Below, in pieces: positions 54,495 to 64,000 of a stretch of 64,000 bases of DNA. Both the position numbers and the translations under genes were made by a program. Below the pieces are notes generated by a model. That model did no database searches. It had not been told where the DNA came from and saw nothing but the letters and a program-made list of their open reading frames with translations. The stretch is from Saccostrea echinata (taxonomy: Eukaryota): NCBI RefSeq assembly GCF_033153115.1, contig NW_026889750.1, positions 7,254,001 to 7,318,000 of the forward strand, given 5' to 3'. Position 1 is the first letter of the stretch, and the number at the start of each line of letters is the position of its first letter.

Positions 54495-55759
54495 TTTTCT
54501 AATGGCCGATTCCCGCGACAATTTCTTAACCGATGTCCTTGATATGGAATCAGAAATGATTTGATTACTTTTGTTTTGTCTTTTTTTCCTGTGAACTTAT
54601 ATTGAGTGTTCTGACCACATTATTTCTCCAAAACACGGAATTCATCTTGAAAAAAAGGAAAAATCGAACCCGTAAACATTTTGATTTGTTAACATCTAGC
54701 TGTCATTAAAAACAGATTATGGTGAACATAATGTGTTCGGACAGATAAGACTCATTGCTTTTGAAGATGGAATTTCGCTTCCATATTGTAATTTTATTAT
54801 TTGGAGCATTTACGATGTTAAAATTGATCTGTATGGCATGGAAATCGCCACAAAAAAGAAGGAAAAATGGCTACATGCTTTTTAACTTAATGGCTAAACG
54901 TTTGAAACATTTTAGAGCACTTCGACATGAAGGCTAATCTCAGAATAACAGATGACTGTACAATAAGAGCGACATATGATCACACAATTCAATTTAGTTC
55001 TTTCTCTAATTTAGTCAACTCACTGCAATTTGTCCTTTAGTCTGAAAGGGTTTGTTGTATTTATATGCACATAAGTAAATGAATGTGGTGTACCCAAATG
55101 ACTGCCATTGAGCAACATCTGTTGTATTAGAGCTCTATTCTGTCTTTATTGGTACCGGGACAATATCTGGTAGATATAACGTTGATAAACATAAAACATT
55201 CAATCATAGCGTGATTCGATCCACCAATTTACTTAGAGACAGAAATAAGCTCGGATTTGGTCAACATTTCAATGTTAAGATAAAACTCCGATTGCAAACC
55301 CAAATATTGAGTTTGCACTTAAACAAACAGTGAATTCATTAGCGACAATTGATTGTCAAGCACTAATATATATGACCATTGGTAGAAAAAAAATGGATCG
55401 ATTTAGAATTCCCTTGGCCCTTTGGCGTGTCGTCTGCTACAATGGGGGTGGAATTCCTTGGGATTTGGGGCTACCTAATAAGGAAATGCGGTGTTCTTGA
55501 CCCGTTGATTGCGCGGGTGGTAGTGTCAATTACGTGTAGCATATGTCAAAAGTGATAACCATTGGTCACTTTTGGTCAGTGATTGCGGCTGCTTTATGAC
55601 GCCAATCTCATGAATCGCAAAGATTCCACAGAAGCAAATTATAGACGTTTTGTATCGAAGATAGTTAATTTCTTTTAAAAAAAAACAAACAAAAGCATTT
55701 CTGATTCCATATCAAGGACATCGGTTAAGAAATTGACGCGGCAATCGGCCATTAGAAAA
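54495..55759. mobile_element. Unclassified ~1.27-kb non-autonomous element with 64-bp TIRs
   Basis: 54495-54558 and 55696-55759 are reverse complements at 62/64 positions. No coding capacity. Outermost bases and TSD unclear. Confidence 0.8.
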
Positions 55760-58750
55760 TGTGTTACATCATCATCAGTTTGTAAAATTAATCATTTTGA
55801 TTTAGATTGCAGCCGATAAGAACTGTTTCCAATTTTGAACTTACAAGGTTTATGTGATAATTGCATCTGCGACCTGCATGCTTGTATTGACTTTAGCTCC
55901 TTTGATTTTACAACAGGATTTGAAATATTAATCAGAAAGATGGGTACTTATGTTTTGTATTTCATAAAAGCTTGTTCAGATCGATTTCAAGTTGATCTCA
56001 TTAAAGGCAAAGTCTATTAGTTCTCTTGTTGAATGTCATGATGTGAGACTTTTTTTATCAGTTAAAATGTCTTATTTAAAAGAAAAACTTCAAAGAAGTT
56101 GTAGAGATTCTATCGTTTTACATAATTAGTAATTGTGATGGTTGAGTCTCTGAAAGTTGGACTGCCTTTCAATTTGGCTTTCAATAAATACATATTTTTT
56201 TTACAGAGAAGACAAGCGATCTTTTATGCACATTATGCTATTATTATAACAATGAAAATTATTAACTTTTCTTATTTCCTCAATTTTCACAATTTCCATG
56301 CACGAAATGACAGACGAAAAAAGAAAATGTTTGCTTCCTCATTTAAAACAACCAGACATGACTTTTCACTGATTTTTTTTTTAAATAATGATCTGTGGGC
56401 ATTGAGCATACTAAATTCATTGCATATAAATTTTCCTATCAGATTATTCAGGCTGCACATATGTCCGTCATAAATGTGTTTAACATCGATAGTTTGATCA
56501 AATTACTGCATCATAATGATATTCTATCGACACATCAAGGGCTACCACAGGAAACTATCATAACGGGAGTCATTAAGATTCTATCTAGCATTCATCAAAA
56601 TTAAAAGCGTAGACCCTAATATCTTAACTGATAAAATCTCTGATGACTATTTGGGGAATAAATCGTGTTCTTGGGGGGAAAGAAAAAAAAAACCTTCATT
56701 GCAATGAAATTGTGGAGTGCATAGCATAGCTTTAAATCACCACTTTTCGACAAAGCTCTGGCGGTTTTTTCCCACATTGATTTCTTGCGTTTTGCTGCAG
56801 GATGTTGATCCTGATTTTTATTTAATGTTTAAGGAAGTAAGTGTACTTTCGCCGGGGGTATACCTTTGAAATAACGGAAATGTTTAAACAGTAGATTGTC
56901 TTAAAGCTAAATTTTCTAAAGGATGTAAACGAAATGTAAACGTCCGAGCTATTTTGACACAATTAATTATGCATTTTCACGTGTTGAATGCACTGTATAA
57001 TTGATGAATCGATTGTTTAAACAGAACAGTATTTCTAGACTTTGTTTTCTATGGATTACCAAGATATTTTGGTTATGGGTGTTGTGTTTTTGGATCATAC
57101 AGAAATAACAAGAGAAACGACCCATAGAAGTTGTTAATCTTACCTTGATGTAGAAATTGTGTTGGAAACTAGTTCCATTTTATCATTTTGCACCAAACAA
57201 CAGTTGCATTCAGAATATTTGGCGCTTAAGACATTTTTGCGGATTCTAACTACGTTGATGAATTCTTTACTAAAGCATATTTCTGAGGTTATAGTTGTAA
57301 CGTTACCAGAAGACGGTGTCCAATATGTTTGATACGATTTGGATAATTTCCATTACTTTAAATCCGTAGTTGCTTGCTTTTCCTTTGGGATTTCAAGCTT
57401 GCATCCTTTTTATTTATTTATTTATTTATTCATTTATTATTATTTTTTTTTTGGGGGGGGGGTGTCTATTGTTATCTCGTTCTTATTGTTCACATTTTTT
57501 CTTCATATTTAAATTCATTGATAAATAGTACGCAATTTTAAGTAAATAACGTATACGTCTGATTGATAAAATAATGGGCAATGAGTGCTATTCATTTCAC
57601 GTTGAAAAAAAATCTTTCGACTTTTATTTGCAACAATTAAACTTAATGCTATGTAAATACTACACAGAAATACCTGACTCAAAGAAGATATGTTCAGTCG
57701 ATAAATTTGTAGTAAGAGCATATGTTAAAAGAGATGGTTTTCTAAACATAAATCAAGATTTTGTACTTGTAGACAGTAAAACGGATTTATCACGTACAGC
57801 CATTTCCCTTTTCTGTCAAAAATTTTCAGGATTCCTTTAACAGAGAGGAAAAATTCCCAAACATGCTAAAACTCCTCTGGGCCACTTATATTGCCAGCGA
57901 TACATTCATTACCTCCTATCATCTGTTTTTGTAACATTTTCTTTGCATGTCATCTTTGGGTGAATGATGTTCCACTTATCCATTGCACTTATCCATTTTT
58001 TGCACTTTTAAGTTAAAATTCTCTTTCATTGGACGTTCCTATGACAGTATAATTGTAAAATCCCTCAGGGGAATAATTGATACTATTTGCTTCTGTGCAC
58101 CCGTCATCAATATTCATAGGGAAAAAAAAATACGAAGGTGCATGCAGTAGTTTGGGATGTGGATATTAAATATTCATGTGGCTATGACGCGCGGCTGACT
58201 ACTGAACCAGTAAAAGCTCTCTCTCTTTCTCTCTGTGTTTCGAAACTAATAATTTATCATATTTGATATTATTTCGATTCATCAGGAAATCACGATTGAA
58301 AACGTTGTAAAGAATGACAATTAAAAGTCATTTAGATTTTAGAATATTTTATAGGATAATGATAGTCAATTCCAATGATTGTTCTACAATAATCAATTTC
58401 AAATGTTCTCTGATTATACTGATTCTTGAATAAAATTATATAAGTTTTTTTTAAGACAGCGTTAAGGTTGTGGAGAATTTGCTACAATTCATTTTTTTTT
58501 CTAGTTTTAAGTATTAAAGTAACATCCGAAAAGCAAAGTCTACCATTTTTTTGCAGCTGACTTACGACCGCAATTATCTCTTTCGATACCCTAATTCACA
58601 CACTAGCGTCCGATTTTTCATTCCATTACAAAGAAAAATAGAAAAGATGATTATCTTCCGACTGATTGATCAATGTTCACGGCATCGATCTCTCATATAA
58701 TAATTACAGTATAGAATGTCTTCTGTATATCAAAGTTATTAAGCGAAAAT

Positions 58751-58926
58751 TTCTACTTTGTATTTTACAGATGAGCAGACGATGACCAGTTGAACCTTAT
58801 CGTACTTGGCGTTGTTTCACTCAATCAAAAATGTGTGTCTATCATTCGTCTGCGGGGATGGAACTGAGCTGATGAAATCATGACATTTGAATACTCAGTC
58901 ACTGTCTTGATTTCTCTAGGCAGTAT
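58751..58926 (+). promoter_or_regulatory. Splice acceptor (AG at 58769-58770) and uORF-rich 5'UTR portion of the coding exon
   Basis: ttctactttgtattttacag|. Six upstream ATGs (58771, 58782, 58831, 58858, 58872, 58880). In-frame stop at 58888-58890 closes the main ORF upstream. Confidence 0.6.
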
Positions 58927-60930
58927 ATGAAAAAAATTAGAATGGCCGGACTCTCCATCACAACTCGTTCTGCCCTCTCTACATGGGCTATGAATATGAA
59001 CACAACTCTGTGTGATAATTGCACAAATGGCAATGTTACGGCCGCTCCCCCGATCGAATCTCCTCATCCCCTGTGGTTGACTATCATCCTCGGGATTCTG
59101 GTGGCGTTCATTGTCATTATAACGCTTGCTGGAAATGTTCTTGTACTGCTGTCATTTGCTTTGGAACGGACCATCCGCCAACCTACAAATTATTTCATTG
59201 CTTCCCTTGCTGTATCGGACTTGCTTATAGGATCTTTTTCCATGCCATGTTTTACGTTGTATCTGCTTCTAGGATACTGGCCTCTCGGTGAATTAATATG
59301 TGACTTGTGGTTATCATTAGATTGGACCGTGTGTCTTGCCTCTCAATACACTGTCTTCTTTATTACGGTGGACAGATTTTGCTCCGTCAAAATTCCCGCC
59401 AAATATCGGCAATGGCGGACTGAGAAAAAAGTGATAATTATGATATCCTTAACATGGATATTTCCGACTCTGATTTTCTTCACGTCTATTGTTGGATGGC
59501 AATATTTTGTTGGTAAGCGAACTGTTGCATCTGACCAATGTGAGGTCCAATTCATGAGTGACCCATTGTTTACATTTTTGTTGACAATTGGCTACTACTG
59601 GACAACTCTTTGTGTAATGATAGGACTGTATACAGGGATCTATTGTGTGGCTCTCGCACTGCAAAAGAAAGCAGAAGCCAAGCATAAAAAGATGGCCACT
59701 GCCATGGAACTTTCTAAAAACAAGCAAGCCGCCAAGTCTATCAGAACTACGTCAGCGACGGATAACAATACTCTTAGTGCTGAAAACAACAACGGAAGAC
59801 CAATGCGTCCAGATGAGTCCACAAGCTTTACAAAGGCACCGGAAGAGGATCGTTCGAGTTCACCTGTATTTGAATCTGATGAAGAAAATAACAGTAGCCA
59901 GGGAGCTTGTGGTCTGTCAAAAATGCATTATAAAACCAATGATGTTGATGACGACGAGCAAACATGCTTTGTTAATAGTGCAGTTCAAACCGACACAACA
60001 TATCGACCATCTTTGAAAGGAATGCTAGGAATGTCCTTTAATCATGTCTCTAAAATAGCACTTACTATAACTGGTACCTCTGGCTCAGAAACCGAGACAG
60101 ATGGAAACGAGGATACAAATGCCACAAAAGCTTTGATAGAAGAAGCACCTCCATCATATACTAAAGTCATACCAGAAACATACGAAAAGTCATCGAAACA
60201 AACCGATAAACTGCTTGAGAACGATGTTTTGCAAGGGTGCAAGTATATAGAGGAGGATAGCCTGAAAACTCTTACGTCGAATGATAATCTCAAGATTTAT
60301 CCCGATGGAAGCATATCCTTTGATGCTACCACCGATGAGCGATGTTCACCTGTTTGGAAACGGAGAGAAGGGCGCTATTTACCCATCCCCATTGCAGAGG
60401 AATCGAGCAATACCATTTCCACAACTTTTGAGGGTGATTCTAATGTCAATCATACGAGCACCGAGGAAGACAAGTCCAAGAAAACCCCATCCAACGGAAC
60501 TTCAGCAATGCCCTCTAGTGACAAGAAAAATGGCGAAGGAAACATTGATAATGATGCAAATAAAGAAAAACCAAGTCTGATGAGCCCACTTCACAACCTT
60601 GTACAATCTATGCGAGACAAAAGAAAACGAAGCAAGAGAAATCGTCAAAAAGTGAATTCCAAATCGGAAAATAGAGCCAGGAAAGCATTGAGAACAATCA
60701 CTTTCATTCTTGGAGCCTACATTGTGTGCTGGACGCCTTATCATATAATGGTGTTAATCATTGGCGTTTGTGATGACGGTTGGGGATGCGTGAACATGAA
60801 ATTGTACCAGTTTACATACTGGTTATGTTACCTCAACAGTCCTATAAATCCATTCTGCTATGCGCTAGCTAATCAACAATTTAAGAAAACTTTTCTTAGG
60901 ATTTTGAAATTGGATTGTCACAAAACGTAA
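58927..60930 (+). CDS. mAChR-B: Muscarinic acetylcholine receptor, invertebrate B-type (GAR-1/GAR-2-like), class A GPCR, single coding exon
   Basis: 667-aa ORF with 7 TM: GNVLV, SLAVSDLLIG, CDLWLSLDWTVCLASQYTVFFITVDRFCSVKIPAKYR (Asp3.32=D132), IGYYWTTL, KSENRARKALRTITFILG, CWTPYH, YWLCYLNSPINPFCYALANQQFKKTF. N-terminal sequons NTT/NCT/NVT and a ~340-aa ICL3. True start may be Met6 (58942, agaATGg). Confidence 0.95.
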   Translation: MKKIRMAGLSITTRSALSTWAMNMNTTLCDNCTNGNVTAAPPIESPHPLWLTIILGILVAFIVIITLAGNVLVLLSFALERTIRQPTNYFIASLAVSDLLIGSFSMPCFTLYLLLGYWPLGELICDLWLSLDWTVCLASQYTVFFITVDRFCSVKIPAKYRQWRTEKKVIIMISLTWIFPTLIFFTSIVGWQYFVGKRTVASDQCEVQFMSDPLFTFLLTIGYYWTTLCVMIGLYTGIYCVALALQKKAEAKHKKMATAMELSKNKQAAKSIRTTSATDNNTLSAENNNGRPMRPDESTSFTKAPEEDRSSSPVFESDEENNSSQGACGLSKMHYKTNDVDDDEQTCFVNSAVQTDTTYRPSLKGMLGMSFNHVSKIALTITGTSGSETETDGNEDTNATKALIEEAPPSYTKVIPETYEKSSKQTDKLLENDVLQGCKYIEEDSLKTLTSNDNLKIYPDGSISFDATTDERCSPVWKRREGRYLPIPIAEESSNTISTTFEGDSNVNHTSTEEDKSKKTPSNGTSAMPSSDKKNGEGNIDNDANKEKPSLMSPLHNLVQSMRDKRKRSKRNRQKVNSKSENRARKALRTITFILGAYIVCWTPYHIMVLIIGVCDDGWGCVNMKLYQFTYWLCYLNSPINPFCYALANQQFKKTFLRILKLDCHKT

Positions 60931-61773
60931 CGAACAGAGAAGACTCATTTAGACTTTCATAGAATCTGTGATGGACCATGGTCAGCTGAACAATTATTCA
61001 TCAAAAAACCTTATAGCAGAGTCGATTCATTTATCTGTCAGTTGCATACGAAATATCGATATTCATTTGTAAGCTTCAATGCCTTATCCTTCTAAAAAAG
61101 AAACAAACCATGAGCTTGATACTTCGCATTTCTTCCCCTCTTTGCACCACATGCAGATTTCTTCCAGTCTGCTTTTCTGCTGCAGCAATCCCAGGGGTAC
61201 TGTGAAATATTTTTATGTAAATCTGGAGGAGTCACGTATCCTCTGATGTGTGATCTTATTGTGGCAAATTTAACCAAGGCGTCTTTTTAATACGATGTAC
61301 TTGTGCATTTACAACCTGATCACTTGCTTCTATATCATGACTTATTTAGGCTTTTTTCAGTTAATCTTTTAGCTGACAGTTTTAAAAGTGCTATCCATTA
61401 TTCCTCCGCTTTATGGAGGGGAATGAAGGGGAAGATGTTACGGAAAATAATTACAATATATACGATATATATATTATGTATTGCAATGCGTGAATGTCAC
61501 AGTTTTGTCTTCTGATAAGTAGTATGGACTTTGAAGTCCTTTTTTATTGTTTTTTAATGTGCACAACAATTTTTAAACAAGAATACACGCAGGTTCAAAG
61601 CATTGATGAATATGATTCATTTTGCCGACTTTTGTGATGTTTTATTCATACAGAGTGATTGAGCAAAAAACTCTGGATTTTCATCACGTTTTTTCTGATT
61701 ATCATAATATTTAATTTTCGTTGAACCATATTTAAGTTTATACAAAAAACTTCATTCTAGTCCACAATTGGAC

Positions 61774-61779
61774 AATAAA
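61774..61779 (+). terminator. Candidate polyadenylation signal of the receptor mRNA
   Basis: AATAAA ~850 nt after the stop; others at 61826 and 61982. Common by chance in AT-rich DNA. Confidence 0.25.
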
Positions 61780-62889
61780 TACTCATTTGATATATATAGC
61801 CATTGGAATATATTTTTCATGATAGAATAAATTATATATATCCTCATTTCTTATCACAGAATGTATGGAATATTATCACTCTGTCCATGCTGATAATGTA
61901 AGTCCGAATTTTGTGACTATTTTTTCGTTATTGATCATTGTGTACAGATGTGTGTGAGAAAAATGGTGGACAACGTTATACAATAAATGTTTATACTGAA
62001 ATATTTCCTTTGTGCTTATTTAAGAACAATAATATAATGAATCATTATGGAAGTGATTTTGCCTTCAGATTCACTGTACATGTGTGCTGGTGGTGGTGGC
62101 GGGGTGTTTATATTTTAAGCAAAACTAAATGACCATTTCAGTCAGCTACAATTCTTTTTTTTTTAAATCTACAATGCTATCATATAAGAAAAATACAGAA
62201 AAAGGATAATTACATCATACTTAAAGTTCAAAAATGTGAAAACATTAATGTTTACGTTTGACAGAAGGAAGACAATGGAAAAAGCATCTTATGACAAAGA
62301 AATAATTTTTGATTTCTAGTATATTTGTCAATAAAAAGTCTCAAGATAGGAAATTTCCCATAATTTCTGCAATAAATCTAGAGGACTAAAAGCATGTCAA
62401 GCATTTGTCTTTAATTTTAATTGTAGAGTTCAGAGAGCACCTGACTGTCCTAATGCCTTGACTATTTCACTGAAAACTCTTTGATTTCACGTGAGCTGTC
62501 TTACGCAATACAACATCAATAGCGCCTCTAAAATGGTAGGAAATGGAATAATGACAAAAGTGCATTTATTATTTCAACGATTTCAGTAATGGAATTTTAT
62601 TTTGGTTTTTCCATGTTTTCAAATGCAAATACGTGTATTTGTTTATATATCTAAGTCAGTAGTCAGAATACAAAGCGTGGGATATGAAAAATTCAACCAA
62701 TGAGAGATACCCTGTATAACGGGTAAACAAGGGATCATATGTTCTTCCTTTATCTACAATAGGAAAAACATAAATATTGTATGTGTATAGAATTACGATG
62801 GTTACTTACTGTTTCGTAATATCCGGGATCTCTTCATATTTTTTTTTCTTGTCGTCAAAACTTTTAGGGGATTTTTTCTAACATTGTCA

Positions 62890-64000
62890 AACATGAAAAA
62901 GACCTTGACACTTTGTCAGAATGGATTAAAAGTATCATACGGATGTTGAAATCTCGCATTATGCGATTGAGGGGCAATGGGAAAACCATCTATCCTTCTG
63001 TCTTCAATAATTCAGAAGTGAAAAATGAATTAGAATTAGATAGGTTACACGATCAGTATGTACTGGTCCCAGCTGACAAAGCAGGTAACAACATTGTCTT
63101 TGTAAGGCTGACTATTTTAATTGTATTTTAGAGGAACTGGGATTCAATTCTGCAAGTGGAAATCCAACTTATACCCATAACTCCCTTTGGAGCTATAGGT
63201 ATAAAGAGGAGGAAATTTCTGGAGGAAATTCTTCAAAATCATATCATGTCAGTTTTTAATATTTCTAATATTCCCAACAATCAAAATGAATTTTAATTAC
63301 CATACCTATACTGGATTCCTAAGCTTCATAAACATCCTTACAAACAAAGGTACATAGCGGGTTCTGGTAAATGTTCTATCAAGCCTCTTTCTTTACTTCT
63401 CACTAAAATATTAACAGCAGTGAAGGAGACACTTCAGGATTACTGTAAATGTAAAACAATAATTTCGAGAAGTGGTGTAAATCAGATATGGATACATAAA
63501 AACTCCAAGGAACTTTGAGAAAATTTGAAATCACAAAACTTTACCAAAATCAAAAGCTTCAAAACGTATGACTTTTCAATACTTTATACAACCATTCCCC
63601 ACTATAATTTAAAGTCTAGGCTTTTTGACATCATAGACAGCTGGTTTTTCATTGTTGATGAAACAAGCATATCAACAGTCTCGATTAAAGTTATCATTTT
63701 GCAAGTTATACGGTCGATACATTGACCTTGTCAGCAAATACAATCTATGGATAATCTTTAAGTCGACTGCTAACTGATGTTTTTCATACTAATTGATAGG
63801 CATTTTTTAAACAACGACTTGTCTACGTATTTTCCGTTTGCCCGAGCATGACAATAAGCACACGGCTGGTGTGACCGGTCGACAGGTGATGCTTACTCCT
63901 CCGTGGCACCTGATCCCACCTCTGATGTTTTTAGAGGTCTGTGTTTAATCTGCTCCTGATTTGTATTGTTTCAATGGACGTTTGAGCTTGATTACTGTTC
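62890..64000 (+). mobile_element. Penelope-like retroelement relic (RT pseudogene, internally deleted), runs to window end
   Basis: Peptide relics DTLSEWIKSI, YVLVPADKAGNNIVFV, LPYLYWIPKLHKHPYKQRYIAGSGKCSIKPLS and KTYDFSILYTTIPH, then a jump (~63650) to C-terminal LMKQAYQQSRLKLSFCKLYGRYIDLV. Stops and frameshifts present. Conserved 3' block at 63861-63945. Confidence 0.88.

Noticed and set aside
1124-57840. Numerous 60-112 aa ORFs in the track
   Set aside because: Low-complexity F/L/I/K-rich translations of AT-rich DNA or repeats, many with non-ATG starts, and no recognisable domains.
58240-58295. Minimal hammerhead-like core on the minus strand (CTGATGA-atc-GAAA with a possible helix III)
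   Set aside because: Helix I cannot form and helix II is absent; not associated with a PLE.
58825-60744. Overlapping and antisense ORFs within the receptor CDS
   Set aside because: Expected shadow frames of a long coding exon; no motifs.
63505-63525. In-frame TGA in the PLE RT as possible selenocysteine
   Set aside because: The copy also has a TAA stop, frameshifts and a core deletion, so simple decay explains it.
63861-63945. HDV-like or twister ribozyme fit for the PLE 3' block
   Set aside because: A partial P1/P3 can be drawn, but P2 and J4/2 (HDV) or the twister conserved residues are missing. Kept only as an unclassified structure.

Overview
AT-rich eukaryotic genomic DNA, almost certainly from an oyster (Ostreidae), judged from the repeat families: a HINE/Helentron carrying the ~166-bp oyster satellite, and Meta+Deu tRNA-SINEs. 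There is one 148-N assembly gap. Only one protein-coding gene is supported: an uninterrupted 667-aa class A GPCR ORF (58927-60930, +) with the signature of an invertebrate B-type muscarinic acetylcholine receptor (mAChR-B / GAR-1/GAR-2-like). It probably has non-coding 5' exons far upstream (best candidate exon 40151-40204, promoter-like cluster ~39.6 kb) and a chain of overlapping uORFs just before the start codon. The rest is intergenic or intronic DNA rich in mobile-element remnants: seven SINE copies, two Penelope-like RT relics plus a small fragment, a decayed mariner, Kolobok-type TTAA elements (one carrying a tRNA-like Pol III cassette), a pogo-like MITE, an unclassified long-TIR element, three fold-back (Crypton-like) hairpins, and one intact plus two decayed HINEs. 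The other ORFs in the track look spurious or transposon-derived. I found no clear novel multi-gene system. The best leads are the receptor's altered binding-pocket residues, its stop-start uORF chain, the tRNA-like cassette in a DNA transposon, and the conserved structured 3' block of the Penelope-like family. Family assignments come from recalled motifs, not database searches.
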